Source: an uncultured Actinomycetes bacterium
GTDB taxonomy: Bacteria > Actinomycetota > Acidimicrobiia > Spongiisociales > ZC4RG35
Length of the DNA: 64,000 bases
Direction of reading: 5' to 3'
Assembly: GCA_937989945.1 (NCBI GenBank)
Contig: CALKIG010000106.1
Location: 2,925-66,924, forward strand
Shown: piece by piece, positions 9,279-17,689 of the stretch
How positions within the stretch are numbered: the stretch's first letter is position 1
How the letters are laid out: every line of letters starts with the position of its first letter
Program-made: the position numbers and the translations under genes
The notes under the pieces: model-generated
Database searches by the model: none
What the model saw: only the letters and a program-made list of their open reading frames with translations
What the model was told of the DNA's origin: nothing

Positions 9279-9730
9279 ACGCCGACCTCTTCTATGGGTC
9301 CCGTGGCGAGAAACAAGCCTGACGCCTCGGCGATGACATCCGTAGCCGTCGAGCACGCTGCTTCGACAAGTAGCCGACGGCCTCGTCGCTCGACCAAGGT
9401 TCCCTTCAGCTCATAGGTAGCGGTTGGAGGTGCCGGCTTTCGATACTTGATATCCAGTGTTGCGGTCACCGCCATCTGCCCGGCAACCAAAATGGTCGTC
9501 CAACCGAGGATCTCATCCATCGCCGTGGCGAGAATCCCACCGTGGAGAATCCCATGGAATCCGCCGTACTCAGGACGTGGTGTGAAGCTCGCAAGGACTG
9601 TGTTTCCATCTCGTTCAAACCCGTCGACTTTCAGTCCCATCGGGTTGTCACGGCCGCAGCCGAAGCAATGCCCGTACTCGGACCGGACTCGCTCGATCCA
9701 CGCCGGGTCGACCCTGTTGCTCGTGGTCAT
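9275..9730 (-). CDS. PaaI-family hotdog-fold thioesterase
   Basis: 151 aa from ATG 9730. Patterns GHCFGCGRDNPMGL and GILHGGILATAMDE, typical of PaaI/DUF4442-like thioesterases. The upstream 160-aa ORF extension is rejected. Confidence 0.8.
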   Translation of the reverse strand: MTTSNRVDPAWIERVRSEYGHCFGCGRDNPMGLKVDGFERDGNTVLASFTPRPEYGGFHGILHGGILATAMDEILGWTTILVAGQMAVTATLDIKYRKPAPPTATYELKGTLVERRGRRLLVEAACSTATDVIAEASGLFLATGPIEEVGV

Positions 9731-9786
9731 GCCTGCATCTTGGCCATTCTGCAGCTCATTCCAAGTCGGCGATGAGGCGACGCTGG

Positions 9787-10452
9787 TCAGTGAGCGAGAA
9801 TCGACGAGGCAATCCCGGTGAGATCTCTCGCCACGATGTCCGGTTTCTCCGAGAGTGGCCCGAGGCGGGCTCTCCCCCGCTCGACAAAGGCGGCCAGGGC
9901 GCCAGCCCGAATTGCTCCGGTGACGTCCCAGGCGTGAGCGGCGACGAGGCGGATCTCGGAGATGCCTACCGCCAGGGATGACGCAGCATGGCGATATGCC
10001 GCCGGCGAAGGCTTGAATTCCCCGACCGATTCGACCGACAGCAGCTTCTCGAAGTAGCGGGCCAGGCCTGCGTTGCCCATCTGGTCCCTCACCATGGACC
10101 TCGAGCTGTTCGTGAGAGTGGCCATCCGGATGCCTTCGTCCTGGAGGGCCTCCAGGGCCGGCTCGACGTCTGGGTGCGGTGGAAGGTCTCGCATGCCGTC
10201 CACCACCCATCTCGCCTCTTCTTCTGAGATCTCGATCCCTGCGCCCAATCCGGTTGTGACTAGAGCGTCGATGCCCTGCTGGTCAAACGGCTGGTAGACC
10301 CCCGACATCGTCGCTACAGCAGAGTTGAAGAGCATGCGGGAGAACCAAAGGGCCATCATGCCGGCCGGCAGTAGCTCGGAAAAGCGCGGCTCGAGCCCGG
10401 CGAGGTCGAGAAGCGTCTCATTGACATCGAAGACGATCACCTGTTTGGCCAT
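9787..10452 (-). CDS. haloacid dehalogenase type II (HAD superfamily hydrolase)
   Basis: 221 aa. N-terminal VFDVNETLLDL nucleophile motif and C-terminal HAWDVTGA, matching the L-2-haloacid dehalogenase pattern. Confidence 0.8.
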   Translation of the reverse strand: MAKQVIVFDVNETLLDLAGLEPRFSELLPAGMMALWFSRMLFNSAVATMSGVYQPFDQQGIDALVTTGLGAGIEISEEEARWVVDGMRDLPPHPDVEPALEALQDEGIRMATLTNSSRSMVRDQMGNAGLARYFEKLLSVESVGEFKPSPAAYRHAASSLAVGISEIRLVAAHAWDVTGAIRAGALAAFVERGRARLGPLSEKPDIVARDLTGIASSILAH

Positions 10453-10510
10453 GTCTGTTCCTTGGTCCTGTCGGCGACGCTAGCGAAGGCGGCCGGTAGG
10501 TTTGACACCG

Positions 10511-11158
10511 ATGGCGAGGCGATTCGCGGACAGACAGGAAGCCGGAGCGCAATTGGGTGCTGCTCTGGAAGAAAGGGGATTCAGCAAAGACGTCGTGGTG
10601 CTCGGTCTCCCTCGTGGCGGTGTTCCTGTCGCATATCAGGTCGCGGATCGGCTGGAGGCACCTCTTGACATCCTGGTGGTGAGGAAGATCGGCGTACCTG
10701 GCCACCGCGAGCTGGCGATGGGGGCAGTCGCCTCGGGAGGGACCGTCATCAGGAATAGAGAAGTGGCCGACTGGATCGGCATCAGTGACGTCGCCTTCGA
10801 CGACGGAGTCACAAAGGCAACCGAGGAGCTGCGAGCCAGAGAAGCGTCGCTCCGAGGCTCGAGGTCCCGAGTCGATGTCCGAGACAAGACCGTGATCGTC
10901 GTGGACGACGGCATGGCGACAGGCTCGACCATGAAGGCTGCAGTAGAGGCATTGCGGACCGAGCATCCCGAACAGATCATCGTCGCCGTGCCGGTAGCCG
11001 CACCGGAAACCGTGCGTGAGATGATCAAACTCGCCGACTCCGTCGTGTGCCTCCTGACGCCGAGGTTCCTCCGCGCTGTCGGCGCCTGGTACCACGACTT
11101 CGGCCAGACCACCGATGAGGAGGTCCGTCGTCTGCTGGAGACTGCCGGGCGTACCTGA
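10511..11158 (+). CDS. phosphoribosyltransferase family protein
   Basis: RFADRQEAG N-terminus, LGLPRGGVPVA, and PRPP-binding loop VIVVDDGMATGSTM. ATG 10511 is preferred over TTG 10502. Confidence 0.8.
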   Translation: MARRFADRQEAGAQLGAALEERGFSKDVVVLGLPRGGVPVAYQVADRLEAPLDILVVRKIGVPGHRELAMGAVASGGTVIRNREVADWIGISDVAFDDGVTKATEELRAREASLRGSRSRVDVRDKTVIVVDDGMATGSTMKAAVEALRTEHPEQIIVAVPVAAPETVREMIKLADSVVCLLTPRFLRAVGAWYHDFGQTTDEEVRRLLETAGRT

Positions 11159-11215
11159 ACCAGGGACTCAAAGGGGCCCGCGTTCAACCTCCGAGGCGGC
11201 CGCTAGGTTCATCCC

Positions 11216-12199
11216 ATGAGATTTGGAGCATTTGTACCGCAAGGCTGGCGCCACGACCTGGTCGATATCCCCACAGAGAAGCACTGGGAAACCATGACCG
11301 GTGTCGCCGGGAAGATAGAGGAGCTCGGATTCGAGTCACTGTGGGTGTATGACCACTTCCACACCGTTCCCGCTCCAACGCAGAACGTGACTTACGAGGC
11401 GTGGACTCTCATGGCCGCCCTGGCGGTTGCGACCGACACGGTGCGAATCGGGCAGATGTGCACGTGCAACACATACCGCCCGCCGTCATATCTTGCCAAG
11501 GTCGCGGCATCGATCGATGTGATATCTGGCGGTCGTCTCGAGATGGGTATCGGAGCAGGTTGGTACGAGCACGAGCACGACGGCTACGGATACCCCTTCC
11601 TCAAGCCATCGAAGCGAATAGGGATGCTGCGGGAAGGCGTCGAGATCATGAGAGCAATGTGGACCGAAGACGTGGTCCGCTACGACGGCGACTACTACAC
11701 GCTGGATGGCGCCATATGCCAGCCAAAGCCCTTGCAGCAGCCCCACATCCCGATGTGGATTGCTGGGGGCGGCGAGCAGTTGACACTCAACATCGCCGCC
11801 CGACACGCCAACTACACGAACTTCGGGGTGAACCTCGACGAGTTCGTCCACAAGTCCGAGGTCCTGGCCAAGCACTGCGCCGATGTGGGTACCGACTTCG
11901 ATTCAATCGTCCGGACTTCGAACTTCAATGTGTTTTGCACCGAGACCGACGCCGACCTATCAGAGAAGTTCGACTGGTACACGGCCAAACTGGGCGCCCA
12001 CCTGCCCGCTGACAAAGTGCAGACTCAGGCTTCCTACTACGAGGACACTTCGGGCACTCCTGAGAAGCTCGTCTCCATTCTCAGAGAATGGAAGGATGCC
12101 GGACTCGAGTACGCCATCGTCAACTTCGCCGATGCCGCCTATGACACGTCGGGCATGGAGCTCTTCGCCAAAGAGGTGATTCCCGCCCTTTCGGACTGA
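11216..12199 (+). CDS. LLM-class (luciferase-like) oxidoreductase, probably F420-dependent
   Basis: 327 aa. Begins MRFGAFVPQGW, with ...FESLWVYDHF...GRLEMGIGAGW, as in the Rv1855c-type LLM family (memory-based). Confidence 0.8.
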   Translation: MRFGAFVPQGWRHDLVDIPTEKHWETMTGVAGKIEELGFESLWVYDHFHTVPAPTQNVTYEAWTLMAALAVATDTVRIGQMCTCNTYRPPSYLAKVAASIDVISGGRLEMGIGAGWYEHEHDGYGYPFLKPSKRIGMLREGVEIMRAMWTEDVVRYDGDYYTLDGAICQPKPLQQPHIPMWIAGGGEQLTLNIAARHANYTNFGVNLDEFVHKSEVLAKHCADVGTDFDSIVRTSNFNVFCTETDADLSEKFDWYTAKLGAHLPADKVQTQASYYEDTSGTPEKLVSILREWKDAGLEYAIVNFADAAYDTSGMELFAKEVIPALSD

Positions 12200-12203
12200 A
12201 GCC

Positions 12204-12716
12204 TCAGACGAATATCGTCTGGGCACCCTCCGAGAGCTCCATGAAGTCAGCAGCGGAGATGATCCCCTCGACTCGGTCGTAGAGATCGTCCTCGTCGAGA
12301 TGCTGCATGTCGGCAGACATCCGGCAGCCCCAGAGGTGCCCACCTGCGTCGGTGATCATCTCGAGGAACTCCGGCACATCTGGGATGTCGAGACCCTCCA
12401 TCTGCTTCTTCATCATGTGGGTCGCGAAGGCCGTCATGCCCGGCAGCCCCATCAGAGACGGTGGCATGTGCGTGGCCGGATTGCCGAGTGGCGTGAACTG
12501 CAGATGGTCCATCGTCTCCTTGTTGATGATGTCGAAGCCCCAGAAGGTGAAGAAGAGATGAGTCTCGATGCCTTCACCCAGAGCTGCGTTCGCCAGAACG
12601 AGGCCCGGGTAGGCCATGTCCAACGACCCTTTGGAGCAAATGATGGCCAGCTTCCTACCTTCGGCGTCTGAGTCGAGATCCGGGGTCGGGAGCGTGTCCG
12701 ACATTGTTGCGGTCAT
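12204..12716 (-). CDS. DsrE/DsrF-like family sulfur-relay protein
   Basis: 170 aa. KLAIICSKGSLDMAYPGLVLANAALGEGIETHLFFTFWG is the pattern of DsrE2-like proteins. Confidence 0.75.
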   Translation of the reverse strand: MTATMSDTLPTPDLDSDAEGRKLAIICSKGSLDMAYPGLVLANAALGEGIETHLFFTFWGFDIINKETMDHLQFTPLGNPATHMPPSLMGLPGMTAFATHMMKKQMEGLDIPDVPEFLEMITDAGGHLWGCRMSADMQHLDEDDLYDRVEGIISAADFMELSEGAQTIFV

Positions 12717-12745
12717 TTCATGTTCTCCTTGCTCGAGTTTGAAGT

Positions 12746-13060
12746 TCAGACGCAGCCGACCGGCTTGGGGAGTCCGGCCACGTAGGCCATCTTCTTCGCC
12801 GGCTTCTTGGGGAAGAGACGGAACATCTCCTTGGTAGAGACGCCACCGGCCTGAGCCATGCGCCGAAGAGTCGGCGTCTCGCCGTTCTCCTCGAAGTCGG
12901 TCCGGGCGAAATTGATCGCAGCCCAGTGCTCATCCGATAGCTCGAGGCCGATGTTGGCCGCGAGCTCGCTAGCGACATCCGGGGACCACTCAGACGGATC
13001 GGTCAGGAATCCTTCGTCGTCCAACGTGATCTGTGTTCCGGCGACCAATACATCGCTCAT
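12746..13060 (-). CDS. TusE/DsrC/DsvC family sulfur relay protein (single C-terminal Cys)
   Basis: 104 aa. Diagnostic C-terminus AGLPKPVGCV. The second Cys found 10 residues upstream in true DsrC is Met here. The ATG overlaps the stop of the upstream gene (ATGA 13057..13060). Confidence 0.85.
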   Translation of the reverse strand: MSDVLVAGTQITLDDEGFLTDPSEWSPDVASELAANIGLELSDEHWAAINFARTDFEENGETPTLRRMAQAGGVSTKEMFRLFPKKPAKKMAYVAGLPKPVGCV

Positions 13061-14301
13061 AGTTCATCTCCTATCTGATCGGCGGGGATCTTCCCCGCCA
13101 TTGACATTTCACTGGCCACGGGCATCGGTCTGCCCGGTAGCAGAACGTTCCAATAGATCTTCTCGAAGGCGAGCTTCCCGAGGTGATTCGCTCTGGTCTC
13201 CTTGAGGAGAGAGAGCGGGCCAATGCTGGCAAGCGGATACTTACCCGGGAGCGGCTCGGTGTCGTAGTTGAAATCGATCAGCAACGCCTTGCCGCCGCCT
13301 GCCTCGACGAAGCAGTTGGCATGGCCGTCGAACCGTCGGGTCATCGGCAGGCCTGCGATGTGCTCGAGGAAGTTCTCCACGAAGACGTCCGCAGCAAAGT
13401 GAGCGACTGAACCAGCCTTCGAGGTTGGGAGCGCTGCCGCATCCCCTATTGCGAAGATGTTCTCGTATCCCTCGGCGAGGAAAGTGCCCTGGTCGACTTT
13501 GACGAAATCGAGCTCGTCTCCGAGCCCCGACTCACCGACGAACTTGGCTCCCATGTTGACCGGTACGGTGACGAGGAGGTCGAATGGGACCTCTCTCTCG
13601 TCATATGACCACAGGGCTCCGTCCTCGATTCGCTCGACGTAGAAGTCCGTCTCCAGTTCGATGCGTCGACGAGAGAGCATGTCTCCGAGCCTCCGGGATG
13701 CCACTGGCTTGGTGAATGCACCCGACAAGGGGGTGACATAGACAACGTCCACGTCATCCCGGATGCCCAATTCCCTGAAGTGGTCGTCGGCGAGAAATGC
13801 AAACTCGAGAGGAGCGACGGGGCACTTGATCGGCATCTCGCTCACGTGTACGACGAGCCGCCCTCCCTCGAAGTTCCGCAATGCTTCCCACAGTGCCAAA
13901 GCACCTTCGTAGGTGTAGAAGTCGTGGATCGTCTCCCGCCATCCCGGGCCGGTCATACCCGGCGTCTGGTCCGGTCTGGGTGTGGTCCCTGTGGCAATGA
14001 CCAGTTGGTCGTACTCGATGACGGTCCCGTCCTCCAGCTCGACCTTGTCCCCATCGGGAACCACCCGTTGCACGGTCCCCGTCCACCGCGTCACCCCCTT
14101 GGGTAGGAACGCCTCCGTTTCGCGGTGGAGGTTCCTGGGATCGATCCTGCCAAACGGGAGGAAGAGCAGCCCGGGTTGATATAGGTGCTCGCGGGATGGC
14201 TCGACGACATGTATCTCCCAATCTTCAGGGAGACGACGGTGAAGCTTGTTCACGATGATGGTTCCGGCCGTGCCGGAACCCAGTATCAGAAGCCTTTTCA
14301 T
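13057..14301 (-). CDS. NAD(P)/FAD-dependent oxidoreductase, sulfide:quinone oxidoreductase-like
   Basis: 414 aa. N-terminal LILGSGTAGT dinucleotide fold, plus MPIKCPVAPLEF and GDAA motifs of the SQR/FCSD family. Confidence 0.8.
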   Translation of the reverse strand: MKRLLILGSGTAGTIIVNKLHRRLPEDWEIHVVEPSREHLYQPGLLFLPFGRIDPRNLHRETEAFLPKGVTRWTGTVQRVVPDGDKVELEDGTVIEYDQLVIATGTTPRPDQTPGMTGPGWRETIHDFYTYEGALALWEALRNFEGGRLVVHVSEMPIKCPVAPLEFAFLADDHFRELGIRDDVDVVYVTPLSGAFTKPVASRRLGDMLSRRRIELETDFYVERIEDGALWSYDEREVPFDLLVTVPVNMGAKFVGESGLGDELDFVKVDQGTFLAEGYENIFAIGDAAALPTSKAGSVAHFAADVFVENFLEHIAGLPMTRRFDGHANCFVEAGGGKALLIDFNYDTEPLPGKYPLASIGPLSLLKETRANHLGKLAFEKIYWNVLLPGRPMPVASEMSMAGKIPADQIGDEL

Positions 14302-14445
14302 TCAATCCTCTTGTTGGTTCGAATGTCTTCAGCTTCCCGCGTGACCTCACATAGGTGAAGGGTCGAATGACCCTATCCCATGGGCACAAGAACACTGTCC
14401 CGGCAGTCGCGTATCCAGGAGGATCAAGGCTGAAAGGAGGCTCGA

Positions 14446-14850
14446 ATGATCGTTGTAGCTGCAGTCGACGGATCGCAGCACACCCACAAGGTCGTCGATG
14501 CCGCGAGGAAGTACGCACGAGACGGGAAGATCCACTTCGTATACGTCTCTGGCACGTACATCTACCCATACATGGCAGCCTCGGGAGCGATGGTCGACTT
14601 CGAGGCGATCCGCAAGAGCCAGACGGATGATGTCTGGAAGATGGTTGGCCGTCTTCCCGACAACGCCACGGCGACGACACTGGAGGGTGGGGCGCCGGCG
14701 GCGATGATCGTGGATTACGCCAAGAACATGGACGCCGACCTGATCGTTGTCGGATCCCGGGGCCGTGGAGCACTCTCCACGCTGCTGCTCGGATCGGTCA
14801 GCCACGGGGTCGCCCACGCTTCCGACCGCGACGTCCTGATCGTCAAGTAG
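14446..14850 (+). CDS. universal stress protein
   Basis: 134 aa. DLIVVGSRGRGALSTLLLGSVSHGV ATP-binding motif. AAAGGAGG lies upstream of the ATG. Confidence 0.85.
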   Translation: MIVVAAVDGSQHTHKVVDAARKYARDGKIHFVYVSGTYIYPYMAASGAMVDFEAIRKSQTDDVWKMVGRLPDNATATTLEGGAPAAMIVDYAKNMDADLIVVGSRGRGALSTLLLGSVSHGVAHASDRDVLIVK

Positions 14851-14917
14851 AAGTCAGGGCCACACCCCTTCCGGGCGGTTCGGGGGTAGGTTCGGTGTCT
14901 CGCGGAAAGGAGACCCG

Positions 14918-15385
14918 ATGCCCTCCCCCGGAGTGCCCGCACACCTGAACACCGTCACGCCCTCGTTGACGGTGACGCCTTGTGCCGAAGCTATTGAGTT
15001 CTACAAGAAGGCATTCGGCGCCGAAGAGATCGAGCCGAGGATGACAGGCCCCGACGGCGTCGTGGCTCATGCCGAGATCAGGATTGGGGACTCAGTCATC
15101 ATGCTCGGCGATGAGTGGCCCGACGGGCCGACGGCATCGCCGCGCACGCTCGGCGGTTCCTCGTCAGCAATCTTCATCTACACCGACGACGTCGACTCGC
15201 TGTGGAAACGAGCGATCGAAGCAGGCTGTGAAGAGGTCTATCCGCTCGAGATGCAGTTCTATGGCGACAAGGGAGGTCGGGTGAGGGATCCCTTCGGTCA
15301 TACCTGGGGTCTCGGCGAGCACGTCGAGGACGTGAGCCCTGAGGAGATGGAACGTCGGATGCAGGAGTTCTACGAGAGCCAGTGA
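14918..15385 (+). CDS. VOC (glyoxalase/PhnB-like) family protein
   Basis: 155 aa. AIEFYKKAFGAEE...HAEIRIGDSVIMLGDE...FGHTWGL is a typical PhnB-like VOC pattern. GAAAGGAGA lies upstream. Confidence 0.8.
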   Translation: MPSPGVPAHLNTVTPSLTVTPCAEAIEFYKKAFGAEEIEPRMTGPDGVVAHAEIRIGDSVIMLGDEWPDGPTASPRTLGGSSSAIFIYTDDVDSLWKRAIEAGCEEVYPLEMQFYGDKGGRVRDPFGHTWGLGEHVEDVSPEEMERRMQEFYESQ

Positions 15386-15436
15386 TCGACACTCCCCCAC
15401 AAGGGTCTTGACCATTTCGTAACGGTCAAAACTCTC

Positions 15437-15465
15437 TTGACATATTACAAGTTCTCTCGTATTGT
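15437..15465 (+). promoter_or_regulatory. near-consensus sigma70/SigA-type promoter TTGACA-17-TATTGT
   Basis: TTGACA at 15437..15442, an exact 17-nt spacer, TATTGT at 15460..15465, in a locally AT-rich patch about 40 nt upstream of the ATG at 15508. Confidence 0.6.
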
Positions 15466-15507
15466 AAGGAACATAGATAGTTTCGCTCATTACCTCGGGA
15501 GACCATC

Positions 15508-15699
15508 ATGTCGAGCAAGAGAACAAACCCCAACTTCGAAAGCCTGTACTCCAATCTCGCCAACACCTGGTGGCAGCACCAAGTTCTTCGTGATCGCCGG
15601 CCCGAGTACCGGGCATTGGTTGAATCCTGGGAGTCAGTGGAGAGGGCGCGGGACGCGATGCATGGCTGGTGGACCGGACGCAGCTCGGAGATTCGCTGA
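15508..15699 (+). CDS. hypothetical small Trp-rich protein (63 aa)
   Basis: ATG preceded by GGGAGA. Third-position G/C enrichment by eye. Stop overlaps the next start (TGATG). I recognise no family. Confidence 0.5.
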   Translation: MSSKRTNPNFESLYSNLANTWWQHQVLRDRRPEYRALVESWESVERARDAMHGWWTGRSSEIR

Positions 15700-15863
15700 T
15701 GTTCGCCCCCTACTGCCCTGACCACGGCTCACGTGTGCTCCTGTTCGTAGAGAACATAGAAGCCATCGAGCGGACACCAAAGGGGATCCGAATCCGCTAC
15801 AGATGCAACTGTGGGCACCGGGGTCTATGGAGCGCCGGCACGGAATCCGAGTTGGCTGCCTGA
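15699..15863 (+). CDS. hypothetical small protein (54 aa) with CxxH...CxC zinc-ribbon-like spacing
   Basis: MFAPYCPDHGSRVLLF...IRYRCNCGHRG. The ATG shares one base with the upstream stop. I recognise no family with confidence. Confidence 0.5.
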   Translation: MFAPYCPDHGSRVLLFVENIEAIERTPKGIRIRYRCNCGHRGLWSAGTESELAA

Positions 15864-15985
15864 CGACCCTCGCCCGCACCCGAGACGGAGAGCCATCTGA
15901 GCTTGCCGCTCCAATGCCAAGAGGCGCCTAACTCAGAAACGCTACGTTGCAACCGGGCCCCTAGAGATGCGGCGCCACACGTCAG

Positions 15986-16927
15986 TCACGCACGTTGGTG
16001 AACGCGGACCACGGTTCCGTCATCGCCAGAACGAATCTGAACGAGATCACACACCTGATTCGAGATCCAGGTTCCGTAGCCGCGGCCTACTCCCGCTGGC
16101 GGTCTTCGACCGATGAGGGGATCGACTATCCGACCCGAGTCACGAATCTCGCAGACGACTTCGGCCACGCCCTGCCAGATGTGCGCCGCCCCCGATCCAC
16201 TCCCGTATTGAAGGCTGTTGGTTGCGATTTCGCTCACGGCCAGCACGAAGTCTTCGACTCGCCGACCGCTGACTCCAGCCTCCACTGCCTGTTTGGCCGC
16301 GAGTTCACGCAGGTCATGTAACCCTTCGATCGAGAAGTCGACTTTCAAGCCCTCGCCCGGGGCCTTGGGCAGTGTCCCGGAAAGTGTCTCAGCGGCCATC
16401 GCGGCCACGTCCAGTTGGATGTGGTGTTCGCCATCACCGTCGATCAACGACATATGTGTGGTCCTGGCACGCTCGAGATCGGCCTCGTTGAGTGTCGAGG
16501 CGTCGTATGGGCATCTGAGCCAGAAGTCCGTCACGTCCGAGAAGGCGAGGTTCAGAAGCGCCTCGTGGTTGTGAGATTCCACCATCTCTTCGCTGGTGCG
16601 CTCTGCCCAGATCGGCTCGCCAACCCCGATCAACGGACTCCCCTCGCTGGATGCCTCGTCGAGCCAACGCCGCCACTCGGGAATGATGCGAGCCGGGTTC
16701 TCTCCGAGCTCGAGGATGTCGCCGAACTCAACCGAATCGGCCGCCGGGCCCAGTCGACTCTTCAGGAGGTCCGCTTTGTGCCGTGTGACAAGCGCCAGGG
16801 CGCGGGCGCCCCGGCCTACTCCCGACTCCAGGAACGAGCCGATCGCCTCAACGAACTCAGCCTCCCCCGAGTAGAAAACGGCGTCGTGTCGGTATGCCGC
16901 TTCGATCGCCGTGTCGTCTCCGGACAT
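15986..16927 (-). CDS. RsbA-type regulatory protein: MEDS-like sensory domain fused to an RsbW/SpoIIAB-like anti-sigma serine kinase domain
   Basis: 313 aa. The N-terminal half (HDAVFYSGEAEFVEAIGSFL...) is MEDS-like. The C-terminal half has HATPase_c-like motifs EIATNSLQYG, EIRDSGRI and GRGYGTWI. Confidence 0.75.
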   Translation of the reverse strand: MSGDDTAIEAAYRHDAVFYSGEAEFVEAIGSFLESGVGRGARALALVTRHKADLLKSRLGPAADSVEFGDILELGENPARIIPEWRRWLDEASSEGSPLIGVGEPIWAERTSEEMVESHNHEALLNLAFSDVTDFWLRCPYDASTLNEADLERARTTHMSLIDGDGEHHIQLDVAAMAAETLSGTLPKAPGEGLKVDFSIEGLHDLRELAAKQAVEAGVSGRRVEDFVLAVSEIATNSLQYGSGSGAAHIWQGVAEVVCEIRDSGRIVDPLIGRRPPAGVGRGYGTWISNQVCDLVQIRSGDDGTVVRVHQRA

Positions 16928-16983
16928 CCGATCAGTTTACTGAGCGACCGTAAATGTCTATACGTCTTCGACCACGCTTTGAT

Positions 16984-17012
16984 TTGACACAAAGGGATTG
17001 ACTCAATATTTT
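16984..17012 (+). promoter_or_regulatory. ars operon promoter TTGACA-17-TATTTT with TTGACTCAA / TCAA-N7-TGAA operator-like symmetry; transcript probably leaderless
   Basis: TTGACA at 16984..16989, a 17-nt spacer, TATTTT at 17007..17012. The ATG at 17021 lies only 8 nt after the -10, with no SD. Confidence 0.55.
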
Positions 17013-17020
17013 TTGAATTA

Positions 17021-17689
17021 ATGACCCTCTCCGATCGTGCCAGGACCCACGCCGCGCTTGGAGATGAGAGACGTCTTCTCATCGTCGATGAATTGACACT
17101 CAGCGATCGCACGGTGGCGGAGCTAGCGCGGATCTCAGGAATGGAAGGGAACCTCCTGGCGCACCATCTCGACATTCTGGAGGGCGCCGGCCTGATAGAG
17201 CGTCGGGTCTCGGAAGGTGATCGCCGGAGAAGATATGTCTCCTTGACGCCGGGCCGGCAGCCGGTGGAGGTCGGCCCGGGCCTCAGACCATTCGAAGAGA
17301 TCGCATTCGTCTGCACGCACAACTCGGCCCGGTCTCAATTCGCCGCCGCATATTGGACCCGAGAGACGGGGCGGCGGGCGACGAGCGCAGGGAGCCGGCC
17401 GTCCGCCACGGTTCATCCAAAGGCAGTTCGTGTGGCCCTCGAGCGGGGCATCGATCTGTCGCGTGCCACTCCCGGTGGCTATGAGCGCATCCCGGCTGAG
17501 CCCGACCTGTTGATCAGCGTTTGCGACCGGGCGCGCGAGTCCGGTCTCCCCAAAGCGAAGATAGACCTCCACTGGTCGGTGCCGGACCCGGTCGCCGACG
17601 GGACCGATCGCGCATTTCGCTCGGCATTCGACGAGATTGCCGAACGCGTCGGCAAACTGACCACCGCCACATTGGCGGGCCCGGAATGA
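17021..17689 (+). CDS. ArsR-family HTH fused to LMW-PTP-type arsenate reductase domain
   Basis: 222 aa. N-terminal HTH_20 (RLLIVDELTLSDRTVAELARISGMEGNLLAHHLDILEGAGLI). The C-terminal domain carries the CX5R P-loop FVCTHNSARS. Confidence 0.85.
   Translation: MTLSDRARTHAALGDERRLLIVDELTLSDRTVAELARISGMEGNLLAHHLDILEGAGLIERRVSEGDRRRRYVSLTPGRQPVEVGPGLRPFEEIAFVCTHNSARSQFAAAYWTRETGRRATSAGSRPSATVHPKAVRVALERGIDLSRATPGGYERIPAEPDLLISVCDRARESGLPKAKIDLHWSVPDPVADGTDRAFRSAFDEIAERVGKLTTATLAGPE

Noticed and set aside
8379-9416. 345-aa plus-strand ORF
   Set aside because: It is antisense to aceK, with low-complexity Arg/Pro/Asp composition.
9731-10210. N-terminal extension of the thioesterase ORF
   Set aside because: It overlaps the HAD dehalogenase gene in another frame and is Arg/Pro/Gly-rich. 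ATG 9730 gives a normal 151-aa hotdog protein.
14312-14326. GGTTCGAAT T-loop consensus
   Set aside because: The flanking bases cannot form the 5-bp T-stem (position 61 is G) and there is no acceptor stem. It lies in the sqr promoter region.
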